From positions 24,038-88,037 of the forward strand of contig CAXSGP010000002.1 of NCBI GenBank assembly GCA_964236955.1: a DNA stretch of 64,000 nt, written 5' to 3'. Positions within the stretch are counted from its first letter, which is position 1; every line of letters starts with the position of its first letter. The translations under genes were made by a program, and so were the position numbers. Below are positions 10,054 to 20,966 of the stretch, piece after piece. The notes beneath the pieces were generated by a model, which was not told the DNA's origin, made no database searches, and saw only the letters and a program-made list of their open reading frames with translations. Origin of the DNA: an uncultured Oligoflexus sp. GTDB lineage: Bacteria; Bdellovibrionota_B; Oligoflexia; Oligoflexales; Oligoflexaceae.

Positions 10054-12393
10054 TCAATTGCCCCAGAGGTTTTCAAGTTCGGTCCTTGTGGGGTCAAGCC
10101 TCAGCTTTGCATAGCGAACCTCGGGCTGCTTCGGATCACCTTTGGCAACAATGAGCAACCAAAGTTTGCGGGCGGCTTGCACACTGCCGTCCTTCATCGC
10201 CTGCTCGGCAAGGCTCCAGTAGATCGGCGTCGTTGTCGCATCCATCGGCAGATAGTCACGCGAGAGGTACTTGTCAACTAAGGCAGTCTTTTCAAGCTTG
10301 GAATGGGTGACCTCAAATTCCATGAGGGAGTAGGCGCAATGCGTCTCAAAGCGCAGCAGATCCTTAAGATAGCGATCGACGAAACCATCGGCTGCTAAAA
10401 GCAGATCCTCGGGGATATTTTTCCTATCGCTCAGGTTTTGCAGGAGGGGATAGACCCTGTCGCAGCCTACCGAAATATCATCTTCGGTCCACCGCATGGC
10501 CTGTTTAAGGACCCAGGGATAGAACATATCGCGCCCTGCGGTCTCCATCACCCGATCTATCGCGAGGACGACACCCGGCTGCTTTTCAAAGTAGACTCCT
10601 TCCTGAATAAAGGTCTGCTCCATGGAGCCAATCTTTTTCAGCCATTCCGCACGCTCCTTAATCGGCTTTAGACTGGCGATTTCCCCGTAGGCTACGGCGA
10701 GTCGGAGTTTGCCGAGCTTATCTAAATGCGAGGCTTCATAGGCCTTTAAAAAGGCCTGAGCCTTTTCGCTTTGATGGATATCGACATAGGCCGCAAAAAG
10801 TTTTTTGGCTAGCTCATCGGAAACCTTGGCATAAAGCGTGCTGCGCGTCTTTTCAAAAAACTGCACGGCGCCATGCGCATCAGAGGCATTGAAATAAGTA
10901 TCGATGGCTGTGGCCTGCACCTCGCGCACGGGTTCGACCAATGTCTGCAACAGACCCGAATCAGGATAAAGCTGCGCAAAGCGCCTGACCCGCTCAACCA
11001 TTTCGCTGTCGCGTTCATGCTGGGCATAGGATGCCGTTTCGCAAGTCCAGGCCAACTCCTGGGCGACGGTGGGAATGGCATCGAGTTGATCTTTGATTTC
11101 CGAAAGAAGTTGCCGCGCATGACGGATGTTATTCCCCTCATAATAGGGCAGCTCAAGGCAGGCCAAACGGATTTTGGCGAAATTCTCGGTTACGTGTCCC
11201 CGAAACTCCTGGCTATGACTGAAGTAGCCAAGCTTGGCTTTTTCCAGGTCACCTTCCGCCAAATAGGTATCGGCCATGCGCAGGGAGGCCAAGGCCTGCA
11301 TGTTCTCATCAAGAACTTCCTGGGATCGTGGCAAAGACATAGCCTGCAAGGCATATTGAAAATGCTTTCGGGCCTCTTCAAAACGCCCCATCCAGAACAG
11401 TGCTTCGCCGCGCAGCACGTATTGGGAGGGTCTGATCTGTCGGTATTCTGTGTCGATTCGGTTGGCGGCTTCATAGACTTCTTCGGCAAGCTCAAAGTTA
11501 TTCAGGGTGAAGTAGATATCTCCGACCCGGGCAAAAAGCGGGCCGGCAGTGCTGGAATCCTGATCCTGACGCAAAGTCATATCAATGTCTCGCACAGCTT
11601 CTAAATAGTCATGGTTACGAATATTGGTTTCTGCCAGCATACGATGGAATTCGCGCCGAAACTCGACCCGGCCTGTTGCCCGCAGATAATCGAGACCGAG
11701 AGTGGCCGAACCGACGACACCGGACCAACGTTCATAGTTATAAAGAATTGCCGCCTGATTGTAATAGGCTGCTGGTGCCACTTTATCGAGCAGTGGATCA
11801 GCGAGGTCCTTTTTCAGATCGTAGGCAGCCGATAAAAAGGTATTGGCGTTGACAAAATCCTGCCGCAGCTCCGGCAGGTCATATCTTTTATTATGGGCAA
11901 GCCAGTAGTCAAAGGCTTTATACAAAAAGCCTGAGGCAATGAAATAGTCATTGCGTCGATGGAAGGGATAATTCTTGCCAAAACGCGCGCGTCCACTCAA
12001 CCAGGTTTGCCGCGCCTCGTCGTATTTGCCATCAAGAAAGAGCATACGACCGGCATTCAGATGTTGAAACGCCCGTCCTTGCCCCATGGTCACGGGGAAA
12101 TATTCTTTAAGCCTTTCAGGCGAACGGTCAAGTATGACGTCAAAAGCCACCTTTGGCAGCGTGGACGGGTATCGCCAAAAGATTTCTTTAGAATTGCTGC
12201 GGATTTCGTCTTTCCTATCAAAATCGCCAACGAAGGTGAAATTGCGCACGAGTTCATCCGCCGTTGGCTTTTTTACCGGTGGCGCAGTTTTAGGCGCTTT
12301 CAAAGCTTTGGCATTTTTACCAAAACCCATGACGCTCCAAAGACCTAAGAAGAAGATACTTAGATAGAACTTGCGTCGTAGGAAGGTTTTCAA
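10054..12393 (-). CDS. Exported tetratricopeptide-repeat protein
   Basis: Signal-peptide-like N-terminus, several TPR-like helices (RVGDIYFTLNNFELAEEVY, RGEALFWMGRFEEARKHF); GAGGGGG SD before TTG. Confidence 0.8.
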   Translation of the reverse strand: MKTFLRRKFYLSIFFLGLWSVMGFGKNAKALKAPKTAPPVKKPTADELVRNFTFVGDFDRKDEIRSNSKEIFWRYPSTLPKVAFDVILDRSPERLKEYFPVTMGQGRAFQHLNAGRMLFLDGKYDEARQTWLSGRARFGKNYPFHRRNDYFIASGFLYKAFDYWLAHNKRYDLPELRQDFVNANTFLSAAYDLKKDLADPLLDKVAPAAYYNQAAILYNYERWSGVVGSATLGLDYLRATGRVEFRREFHRMLAETNIRNHDYLEAVRDIDMTLRQDQDSSTAGPLFARVGDIYFTLNNFELAEEVYEAANRIDTEYRQIRPSQYVLRGEALFWMGRFEEARKHFQYALQAMSLPRSQEVLDENMQALASLRMADTYLAEGDLEKAKLGYFSHSQEFRGHVTENFAKIRLACLELPYYEGNNIRHARQLLSEIKDQLDAIPTVAQELAWTCETASYAQHERDSEMVERVRRFAQLYPDSGLLQTLVEPVREVQATAIDTYFNASDAHGAVQFFEKTRSTLYAKVSDELAKKLFAAYVDIHQSEKAQAFLKAYEASHLDKLGKLRLAVAYGEIASLKPIKERAEWLKKIGSMEQTFIQEGVYFEKQPGVVLAIDRVMETAGRDMFYPWVLKQAMRWTEDDISVGCDRVYPLLQNLSDRKNIPEDLLLAADGFVDRYLKDLLRFETHCAYSLMEFEVTHSKLEKTALVDKYLSRDYLPMDATTTPIYWSLAEQAMKDGSVQAARKLWLLIVAKGDPKQPEVRYAKLRLDPTRTELENLWGN

Positions 12394-12428
12394 ACTTTGA
12401 CCCCCTCAAGATTCCAATCATCAGGGAG

Positions 12429-12455
12429 TCATCGGCAGATAGGCGAGCTTATTTA
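12429..12455 (-). promoter_or_regulatory. Putative sigma28 promoter of the TPR gene
   Basis: Minus strand TAAA-N15-GCCGATGA, about 35 nt upstream of the start; -35 overlaps the flbD stop. Confidence 0.6.
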
Positions 12456-12668
12456 AGAAACAGCTGGCGGAGGCGTCTCCTGGGAGCGCCTAAATACATT
12501 TGCCTGGTAGCTTAAAACTGCGTCAGAAAGATCATTCAAGCTTTCTTTGACCATGACTGATTCGCCATTTGTAAAGAAGATCAAAGTATCGGGTACGGCC
12601 TCAACATACTTAACCGTTTCGAGGTTGAGAAGAATTTTCTGATTATTCAGCTTAGTCAGAAGTATCAT
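12453..12668 (-). CDS. flbD: Flagellar FlbD family protein
   Basis: MILLTKLN..I.LN.E.VKYVE..PDT.I.FTNG..VMVKES is the FlbD pattern; AGGAAGG SD. Confidence 0.85.
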   Translation of the reverse strand: MILLTKLNNQKILLNLETVKYVEAVPDTLIFFTNGESVMVKESLNDLSDAVLSYQANVFRRSQETPPPAVS

Positions 12669-12822
12669 AGACCTTCCTCTATATCGTCGGATCCAGGCCT
12701 GGCCCTGCCGGTTGCCTTCAGAACTGGCAGAGAGGCTGAGCTTATGGTACGGTCTGGGTCCTTATCGAGTCAACGTCCCGGTCACAGGTCCGGAAAATTG
12801 CCCGGACAGAAGGAATATCCCG

Positions 12823-13951
12823 ATGCAAATTGATACCTTATTAAATCGCGCCAAAGAAGCAGCCGTTAAATACGACAGAGTATGGAGGTTTCTTTGACGT
12901 CACTCGTAAAACCCAGGAGCTTGAAGATATAGAGGCTGAAATTGAGGCCCGCTCCGATTTTTGGTCCAATCCAACCCTGTCGGCCCCTATCCTCAAGCGC
13001 AAAAAAGCTGTGGAACTGGCCCTGACTCGAGCCAAGCAACTCACGGCCAATCAGGAAGACTTAAAGGTTGCCCTGGAACTCGCCGGTGAAGGCGAAGACG
13101 AATATCTGATCGAATCCGAGACGCTGCTCATCCGATTTGAAGAGGAGCTGCAGGCGCTCGAGATTCAAAGTCTTCTGTCGGGGGAACTCGATACCAACGA
13201 TGCGCTGCTCACGATCAACTCCGGCGCCGGCGGTACCGAGTCCTGCGACTGGGCTTCGATGCTGTTCCGTATGTATCTCCGATTTGCCGAACGGAAAGGC
13301 TGGGCCACGGAAATTCATGATATTCAGGAGGGTGAAGAAGCAGGCATTAAAAGTGCCACGATCGAAATCAAGGGTATGTACGCCTTTGGTCTGCTCAAAT
13401 CGGAATCGGGCGTACACCGCCTGGTGCGGGTGAGTCCTTACGATTCCAACGCCCGCCGTCACACCTCCTTTGCCTCGATCTTTGTGTCAGCGATGGTCGA
13501 CGATGAGATCGATATCGACCTCAACGAGGCGGACATCAAGGTCGATACCTATCGGGCCTCAGGCGCCGGCGGCCAGCACGTGAACCGAACCGATTCGGCA
13601 GTTCGGATGACCCACATGCCTTCAGGTATCGTCGTGGCAAGCCAGCAACACCGCTCCCAGCATCAAAACCGGGATCAGTGTTTAAAAATGCTCAAGTCCA
13701 AGCTCTACGAAAAAGAGGTCGAGGAACGCAAAAAAGCGGCGGCTGTCATCGAGGGTACAAAATCAGACGTAAGCTTTGGCAGCCAGATCCGCAGTTATGT
13801 CCTCCACCCCTATAAGCTTGTGAAGGACCATCGCACTGACGTTGAGAACTTCAGCCCCGACGATGTCATGGATGGAGCGATCGATCCCTTTATAAATGAA
13901 TTCCTTGCCCAGCTTCACAGTAAATCCCACTCCGATCAGTTGCCGGTTTAG
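12823..13951 (+). CDS. prfB: Peptide chain release factor 2 (programmed +1 frameshift)
   Basis: ATG 12823 reads to CTT-TGA (12892-12897); the +1 frame from GAC 12896 is open into the ORF carrying GAGGTES, GVHRLVRVSPY and GAGGQHVN. Confidence 0.97.
12884..12898 (+). promoter_or_regulatory. prfB frameshift cassette
   Basis: GGAGG-TTT-CTT-TGA-C: internal SD 3 nt before the slippery CTT and a weak TGAC stop. Confidence 0.95.
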
Positions 13952-14076
13952 GGTTTCATGAACTTTACTTTTTTACTGGCTTACTATCAGCGGCTTTGCT
14001 CACTTGGACGAACGACGAAGGCTGGACTCGCAACGGGTCCAGATCTTCTTCGACACTTAGCCTTGAAATTCATTTT

Positions 14077-14105
14077 TTGACTTGCTCTTTCTTCCCCGAT
14101 ATTCT
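14077..14105 (+). promoter_or_regulatory. Putative sigma70 promoter of prkA operon
   Basis: TTGACT-N17-TATTCT, about 185 nt upstream of the prkA start. Confidence 0.55.
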
Positions 14106-14291
14106 GGTAATGGAGGGCGAAGAACGTTACTCCTTCAAATTCTGAAGCTATTCCGGCAAGGCCTCATGGCAGGACGTTCGAACCATGAAACGAACCAGCT
14201 CTAAGCACGATGGATTCTCAGAGTTCTTTCTCATTAGCTTTCGACTAAAGACTTAGGCAACGTTTTCGTACACTACGAGCGAGGAGCTAGC

Positions 14292-16355
14292 ATGGATGCG
14301 AGCAAATTAATCAGCGCCGTCACCCAAATTGAATTTAATGATCAATACAAGGAATTGCATTGGTCAGGAAATTTCCGTCAGTACCTGGACCTTGTCATCG
14401 AACGGCCGGCGGTTGCGCGCACCGCATTTCAACGCGTCTATGACATGATCAACAGTTACGGATATGAGACCTACACTGAATATAAAAAAGAGATGTATCA
14501 CTGGCGTTTCTTCGATGATCCTTTGGATCATGGAAAAGACGCAGTGTTTGGTCTTGATATTCACTTGAACAAACTTGTAAACGTCTTCAAGGCGGGCGCT
14601 GCAAAATACGGCCCCGAAAAACGCGTTATCCTCCTGCACGGCCCGGTTGGTTCGGCAAAATCGACGATCGCCCGTATGCTGAAAAAAGGCCTGCAAGCCT
14701 ACTCACGCACACCCGAAGGCTCGCTCTACACCTATGAGTGGAGCAATATCGGCGATATTCTCAGCATGAACAATGAGATGCCCTGCCCGATGCATGAGGA
14801 GCCTTTGCACCTCATTCCTACCGACCGCCGGAAATCGGTGCTCGACATTCTCAACAAGAACCGCGATCGCGGCGAAGCCGTCTATATCGAAGGAGAGCTC
14901 TGTCCGGCTTGTCGTTATGTGTATAACCATCTGATGGAACACTATAAAGGCGACTGGGAATCGGTGGTTAGCAAACACATCAGCGTCAAGCGCCTGATCC
15001 TGTCCGAGCAGGACCGTATCGGGATTGGCACGTTCCAACCAAAAGACGAAAAAAACCAGGACTCAACGGAACTTACGGGTGACTTGAACTATCGTAAGAT
15101 CGCTCAGTATGGTTCCGATTCCGATCCGCGGGCCTTCAACTTCGATGGTGAATTCAACATCGCCAACCGCGGTATTATTGAATTCGTCGAGGTCCTTAAG
15201 CTTGACGTGGCTTTCCTCTACGATCTTCTGACCGCCAGTCAGGAACATAAGATCAAGCCGAAGAAGTTCGCTCAGACCGACATTGACGAAGTCATCATCG
15301 GTCACACCAACGAACCTGAATTCCGAAAGCTGCAGAGCAACGAATTCATGGAGGCGCTTCGTGACCGTACCGTGAAGATCGATATCCCCTATATCACCCG
15401 CCTTGACAAAGAAGTTGAAATCTATAAAAAAGACTTCAATTCAAGCACAGTACCGCACATCCATATCGCGCCCCATACCCTGGAGATGGCGTCGATGTGG
15501 GCAATTCTCACGCGTCTTGAGGAGCCAAAGAAGGCCAACCTTACGATCATTCAGAAGCTCAAACTTTATAACGGCAAGTCTATCCCCGGCTTCACCGAAG
15601 ACAACGTCAAGGAACTCCGCAAGGAGACGGTCCGTGAAGGTCTCGAAGGCATCAGTCCTCGTTACATTCAGGACAAAATTTCCAACTCCCTCGTCACCGA
15701 CCGCGGTACGGGCTGTTTGAATCCCTTTATCCTTCTCAATGAGATGGATTCCGGGCTCAAGAATCACTCCCTGATCCGCGACGAAGAGATCCGGAAGCGC
15801 TATCGCGAGCTTCTCAGCATCGTCAAGATGGAATATGAGGATATCGTCAAGCATGAAGTGCAGCGCGCGATCTCAGCCGACGACAGCGCGATTGGCAAGC
15901 TTTGCGGTAACTACATCGACAACGTCAAGGCTTACACCCAAAAGGAAAAAGTCAAAAATCCTTATACCGGCGAGACAGAAGAGCCAGAAGAACGCCTGAT
16001 GCGTTCGATCGAAGAAAAAATCGATATCCCAGAGTCGCGTAAAGACGACTTCCGTCGGGAGATTATGAACTACATCGGCGCCCTTGCCCTCGACGGCAAA
16101 GTCTTTGATTTCCGTATGAACGAACGTCTACACAAGGCTTTGGAACTCAAGCTCTTCGAAGACCAAAAGGATACGATCAAACTCACCAGTCTCGTCTCGA
16201 GCGTGGTGGACAAGGAAGCCCAAGCGAAGATCGACGTCGTCAAAAACCGTCTGATCAAAAACTACGGCTACTGCGAAATCTGCGCGAACGATGCCCTGGG
16301 CTTTGTGGCGAGTGTATTCGCACGAGGCGATGTGATGAAAAAAGACAAAAAATAA
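14292..16355 (+). CDS. prkA: PrkA/YeaG family AAA+ serine protein kinase
   Basis: [53 protein letters not shown]; followed by yeaH and spoVR. Confidence 0.95.
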   Translation: MDASKLISAVTQIEFNDQYKELHWSGNFRQYLDLVIERPAVARTAFQRVYDMINSYGYETYTEYKKEMYHWRFFDDPLDHGKDAVFGLDIHLNKLVNVFKAGAAKYGPEKRVILLHGPVGSAKSTIARMLKKGLQAYSRTPEGSLYTYEWSNIGDILSMNNEMPCPMHEEPLHLIPTDRRKSVLDILNKNRDRGEAVYIEGELCPACRYVYNHLMEHYKGDWESVVSKHISVKRLILSEQDRIGIGTFQPKDEKNQDSTELTGDLNYRKIAQYGSDSDPRAFNFDGEFNIANRGIIEFVEVLKLDVAFLYDLLTASQEHKIKPKKFAQTDIDEVIIGHTNEPEFRKLQSNEFMEALRDRTVKIDIPYITRLDKEVEIYKKDFNSSTVPHIHIAPHTLEMASMWAILTRLEEPKKANLTIIQKLKLYNGKSIPGFTEDNVKELRKETVREGLEGISPRYIQDKISNSLVTDRGTGCLNPFILLNEMDSGLKNHSLIRDEEIRKRYRELLSIVKMEYEDIVKHEVQRAISADDSAIGKLCGNYIDNVKAYTQKEKVKNPYTGETEEPEERLMRSIEEKIDIPESRKDDFRREIMNYIGALALDGKVFDFRMNERLHKALELKLFEDQKDTIKLTSLVSSVVDKEAQAKIDVVKNRLIKNYGYCEICANDALGFVASVFARGDVMKKDKK

Positions 16356-16651
16356 GTCGGGGCAGCAACACGTGCCGCTCCCAAGACCTCGGGCCAGCTG
16401 AACGTGACGAGTGACCGGCGGCGTAAAGCCTTAAAGAGGGCCTGCTGCACCGGGCCTCTCCAACATTCTGCTTCTAGCCGGGAATACGTGAGGTACGGCA
16501 CAGGGGGAAGATGCAGTCTCCCCCTCCCCAAAGGGCGTGGTGTCGCGGGAATGCTGCCTTCCTCGGATCTTCGCCCTGCCGCCCTCCATGCCTTCTTCGT
16601 ATTTATACGGCAGATAACGCGCGCCCTCTGGGGCGCCTATGGGGGAATCCT

Positions 16652-17749
16652 ATGGATTCAGATCTGAACCGATTTCGCAAAATCGTTCGAGGTAAAATAA
16701 AGAAAGAGCTGCGACGCTTTATATCCAGCGGCGATCTTGTCGGCCGACAGGGCAATAAACGCGTTACCATTCCCCTTCCACGCATCGATATTCCCCACTT
16801 TAGCTTCGGCAATGGCGAAAAAGGTGGAGTGGGCCAGGGCGAAGGTGAAGTCGGCGATGAAGTTGGTCAAGGTCAACCCAAACCGGGTGAGGGCGAAGCC
16901 GGCGACCAGGAAGGCAAGCACACTCTTGAGGTCGATGTCAGCCTGGAAGAACTCGCCGCCATCCTCAGCGAAGAGCTTGAGCTGCCCAATATCGAGCCCA
17001 AGGGCAAAGAAAATATTGAAGATAAAAAATACAAATACTCCGGCATTCAGCGCCAGGGTCCTGAGTCGCTTCGTCACTTCAAGCGCACCTATAAGGCCGC
17101 TCTGCAGCGCAGCATCTCCAGCGGCGAATACGACCCGGAAAATCCCATCATCATTCCGGTCAAAGAAGATCGCCGCTTTCGATCCTACCGCATCACCCAC
17201 GAAAAAACGGCCAATGCCGTCATCCTCTATATGATGGACGTGTCCGGCTCCATGGGTGACGAACAAAAAGAGATCGTCCGCCTGACCGCGTTCTGGCTTG
17301 ATACCTGGCTCAGCACGCAGTACAAAGGCCTCGAACGCCGCTACATTATTCACGATGCGACGGCCCGCGAGGTCGATTCGGATACCTTTTATAAGACCAA
17401 GGAATCGGGCGGCACGCTTATCAGCTCCGCCTATAAGCTCGCCTTGAAGATGATCGAGGATCATTTTAATCCCAGCGAGTGGAACATTTATCTCTTTCAC
17501 TTTTCCGACGGTGACAACTGGTCGGGCAATGACACTGCCGACTGCATGAAGATCATCGAAACGAATCTCCTGCCGATTTCGAACCTCTTTGCCTATGGCC
17601 AGGTCGAGTCGCGCTACGGTTCCGGTCAGTTTCTGCGGGATCTGCACAAGCACTTTGGGGAAACAAATGAGCAAGTGACGACCTGCCAGATCAAAGACCG
17701 CGAATCGATCATGGACGCCCTTAAAGTTTTCCTAGGGAAGGGAAAGTAA
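16652..17749 (+). CDS. yeaH: YeaH/YhbH (DUF444) vWA-like protein
   Basis: Gly-rich GVGQGEGEVGD, MMDVSGSM, ESGGTLISS, HFSDGDNW; start set at ATG 16652 after GGGGGA. Confidence 0.92.
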   Translation: MDSDLNRFRKIVRGKIKKELRRFISSGDLVGRQGNKRVTIPLPRIDIPHFSFGNGEKGGVGQGEGEVGDEVGQGQPKPGEGEAGDQEGKHTLEVDVSLEELAAILSEELELPNIEPKGKENIEDKKYKYSGIQRQGPESLRHFKRTYKAALQRSISSGEYDPENPIIIPVKEDRRFRSYRITHEKTANAVILYMMDVSGSMGDEQKEIVRLTAFWLDTWLSTQYKGLERRYIIHDATAREVDSDTFYKTKESGGTLISSAYKLALKMIEDHFNPSEWNIYLFHFSDGDNWSGNDTADCMKIIETNLLPISNLFAYGQVESRYGSGQFLRDLHKHFGETNEQVTTCQIKDRESIMDALKVFLGKGK

Positions 17750-17750
17750 C

Positions 17751-19253
17751 ATGAACTTCAATACTCAATTGACTCCCGAACTTCGTGAAATAGCTTTGAG
17801 TATCGGCAAAAAAGCCAGAGAAGTCGGCCTTGATTATTTCGACACGATCTTTGAGCTGATCGACTATAAGCAGCTCAACGAAATCGCGGCCTACGGCGGC
17901 TTTCCGACCCGTTATCCGCACTGGCGCTTTGGGATGGATTACGAACGTCTTTCGAAGAGCTATACCTATGGCCTTTCCGTTATCTACGAAATGGTTATCA
18001 ATAACGATCCCTGCTACGCCTACCTTTTGCGGGCCAATAGCATGGTCTCGCAGAAAACCGTCATTGCCCACGTCTATGGGCACTGCGATTTCTTTAAGAA
18101 TAACTACTGGTTTTCAAAGACCAATCGAAAAATGCTCGACCAGATGGCCAACCACGGCTCGACCATACGTCGCTTTATTGAAGACGTCGGCCATGACGAG
18201 GTCGAGGACTTTCTTGATGTCTGTCTCTCCCTTGAGAATCTGATCGATATCTACTCCCCCTTTAATCAGCCGACGAAAAACAGTCAGGGGATTAAAGAAG
18301 AGGAGGAGGAGGTTTATCGTCCCGATCCTGTGAACAAGCTGCAGTCGAAGAAGTACATGGATTCCTACATCAACCCCAAGGATTTCATCGATTCGCAAAC
18401 AAAAAAACAAGAGGATCAGCAAAAAAAGAAAAAAAACTTCCCCGAGGAGCCGCAGCGGGATGTACTAAAGTTTCTTATGGACAACGCCCCGCTCAATAGC
18501 TGGCAGCGACGGGTTCTTGGTATCATTAGGGATGAGTCCTATTACTTTGCCCCACAAGGGCAGACCAAAATCCTCAACGAAGGTTGGGCCACGTACTGGC
18601 ACAGCCAGATGATGACAGAACTTCATCCCCTTAATGATTCGGAAATCGTCGATTACTGCGATCAGCACTCAGGAGTCGTTGCATCGGCGCCAGGCCAGAT
18701 CAATCCTTACAAGCTTGGTCTGGAGCTCCTGCGTCACACTAAACGTCGCTGGGACAGAGGTCAATTTGGTTTGGACTATGTGAATTGCGATGACCCCAAA
18801 AAGCGCGCGGCCTGGGATACCAAAGCCGGATTGGGGAATGCCAAGCTCTTTGAAATTCGCCGCATTCATAACGATATCACCTTCCTCGACGCCTATCTCG
18901 ACGAGGACTTCTGTCATGAGCATAAGCTCTTTATCTATGATTACGACCGTCGGAATAATCGCTATGTAATCAGCGACCGGGAATTCGGCAAAGTCAAGGC
19001 GCAGATGCTCAATCAACTGACCAACTTCGGCCAGCCCATCATCCTGGTCAAAGACGGCAACTTCAAGAATCGCAACGAACTGCTGCTCGAGCATAAGCAC
19101 GAGGGGACCGATCTCAAGCATGAATTCACTATCGAATGTCTGCGCAATCTCTTCAAAGTCTGGCGCCGGCCTGTGCACATCGACACAATAATCGAAGAGG
19201 GCAAACGTCGGGTTTCCTTCGACGGATCGACTCACTCAGTGGAGAAGCTCTAA
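17751..19253 (+). CDS. spoVR: SpoVR family protein
   Basis: GFPTRYPHWRFG, YEMVINNDPCYAYL, AHVYGHCDFFKNN, TKILNEGWATYWH, NPYKLG. Confidence 0.95.
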   Translation: MNFNTQLTPELREIALSIGKKAREVGLDYFDTIFELIDYKQLNEIAAYGGFPTRYPHWRFGMDYERLSKSYTYGLSVIYEMVINNDPCYAYLLRANSMVSQKTVIAHVYGHCDFFKNNYWFSKTNRKMLDQMANHGSTIRRFIEDVGHDEVEDFLDVCLSLENLIDIYSPFNQPTKNSQGIKEEEEEVYRPDPVNKLQSKKYMDSYINPKDFIDSQTKKQEDQQKKKKNFPEEPQRDVLKFLMDNAPLNSWQRRVLGIIRDESYYFAPQGQTKILNEGWATYWHSQMMTELHPLNDSEIVDYCDQHSGVVASAPGQINPYKLGLELLRHTKRRWDRGQFGLDYVNCDDPKKRAAWDTKAGLGNAKLFEIRRIHNDITFLDAYLDEDFCHEHKLFIYDYDRRNNRYVISDREFGKVKAQMLNQLTNFGQPIILVKDGNFKNRNELLLEHKHEGTDLKHEFTIECLRNLFKVWRRPVHIDTIIEEGKRRVSFDGSTHSVEKL

Positions 19254-19256
19254 CCC

Positions 19257-20966
19257 ATGAAATCACTCCTTCGCCTTCTCGCAACGCTTTTGGTCTCTTG
19301 GACTGTGTTGGGCAAAGCGAACGCGGAGGCAGCGGATCTCAAACCAGTTCCTTCCATAAAGTATGCGGGCGTTCTCCCTGTCTATTGGCAGGGAGGGAGC
19401 AGCCCTTCCCTCACGAAAAAAAAATCCTGGATCGAATCCGACTTTGTCCGGGCGGTGCGCGATTCCAAACGCTTTGCCTTCATCAACGACACCATCATTG
19501 CCGACAACTGGTCGAACGCTGAAGGCCGTAAAAAGCTCCGCGACGAATATGAGCTCGATGCCTTTCTCAATCTTAATGTCACCGAACAGGGTGATATTGC
19601 GATCTTCACGGCCCGCCTGCTCGGCCCGGAACTTGAGAACTTTGTCAGCGAGACCGACCGGATTCCGCTCAACTGGCTTGATGCAGCCACCGACGATGAT
19701 CTCTATATCAAGCTCCGTGATCTTTCTTTTCGTGTCCTAAACCGCTATCCTATCGATGTCTTCGTTACGTCGCTGCAAGGCCGCTATCTAACCCTTTCCG
19801 CCGGCAAGGATCAAAACGTTCTTGAGGGCGACACCCTGGATTTTGCTGAGTTCAGCGTGAAGAGTCATCATCCCATCGACGGGACCTGGCTTGAGTATCT
19901 GCCCAAACCCCTAGGCAAGGCCAAGGTCGTCGAAAGCAAAAATCAGTCCTCGATCGCCCTGATTACGTCCCTGGTCAGTGAAAATGCCATCAGGATCGGC
20001 AGCGGCGCGCGGGTTGCGGACATAGCCTCGCGGCGTAATTTTAAGGCCCAGCCGCCAGGGGAGGATGCCTTCATCACCCTGTCTCCCGACAGCCCTTTGG
20101 TGACCGCTCCTGGCCAGACCCCGGTCCCACCTCCAGCCTCGCCTGTTAAAGGACCCGATCCACTGGCCACGACCTCCGGCAAACCTGAAGCCGAGCCTAC
20201 GGAAATCGATCAGGAGCCCATGCATCCGGCAGCGCGGGGTCAGAATCACTTGGCCCAGGCCAGCCCAGAGCCTGAAGCGGCGCCCGGATCCACGGCCGGT
20301 GAAAGCAGCGGCATAAGTCTGACCGATATTCGATTGGCCCTGCTCAATGATAGCTGGTCCTATAGTGGTCCGGCAAAAGCCGCCGCCGGCATGCCACCGA
20401 TCTTGTTTAACGGCCTCGGAGCATGGGCCGAGCATGATATCGATGCTTCGACCACCACCCTCTTTGATCTGCAGATCGAATCGGGATCGACGAAACATGG
20501 CAGCTACTTTGGAATGGCTGGCGCCGGGGAATATCTGTTCAAAATCGCCTCAGGTCATGCCATGGTCTCCAGCATCGACCGCCTTTTGGTCGGCGGCCGG
20601 GCGGAAGTGGCAACGATAGGCGTCTCCAAAGAACCCTTTGGCGGAATGGATGCTCTTCATCTTGCTCCCGTGGTGCATGCTCAGGGCAACTATCATCTGG
20701 TGGATCTCGTGCAGACCTATAGCTATGATGTGAGCGCCAAACTTTTAGCCGCCAACTTTGGTTCGGCTGGCATCAAGGGTAAAACCCTATCCGTTGGCAG
20801 CGGATTTGGCTTTGATCTGGAGGCTCAGGTCTTAAACAAGTCGAAAACCGAGATGTGGGAATGGGGAGGCCTCGTAGGCTATCGTCAGGCCTCCTGGGAT
20901 GTCGGCAAAGGCATGCTTGGCAAAGACAGCTTTCGCCTGGGCATTCTCACCCGCGCTAAGCTCTGA
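19257..20966 (+). CDS. Exported multidomain protein (FlgT_C-like module, Pro-rich linker, probable C-terminal beta-barrel)
   Basis: Signal peptide; YLTLSAGKDQNVLEGD module; Pro/Ala linker; amphipathic beta-strand C-terminus. Confidence 0.7.
   Translation: MKSLLRLLATLLVSWTVLGKANAEAADLKPVPSIKYAGVLPVYWQGGSSPSLTKKKSWIESDFVRAVRDSKRFAFINDTIIADNWSNAEGRKKLRDEYELDAFLNLNVTEQGDIAIFTARLLGPELENFVSETDRIPLNWLDAATDDDLYIKLRDLSFRVLNRYPIDVFVTSLQGRYLTLSAGKDQNVLEGDTLDFAEFSVKSHHPIDGTWLEYLPKPLGKAKVVESKNQSSIALITSLVSENAIRIGSGARVADIASRRNFKAQPPGEDAFITLSPDSPLVTAPGQTPVPPPASPVKGPDPLATTSGKPEAEPTEIDQEPMHPAARGQNHLAQASPEPEAAPGSTAGESSGISLTDIRLALLNDSWSYSGPAKAAAGMPPILFNGLGAWAEHDIDASTTTLFDLQIESGSTKHGSYFGMAGAGEYLFKIASGHAMVSSIDRLLVGGRAEVATIGVSKEPFGGMDALHLAPVVHAQGNYHLVDLVQTYSYDVSAKLLAANFGSAGIKGKTLSVGSGFGFDLEAQVLNKSKTEMWEWGGLVGYRQASWDVGKGMLGKDSFRLGILTRAKL

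Noticed and set aside
12785..12810. CAGGTCCGGAAA resembles SRP RNA domain IV
   Set aside because: The following GGAAGCAGC and the long flanking helix are missing; it is only a small hairpin before prfB.
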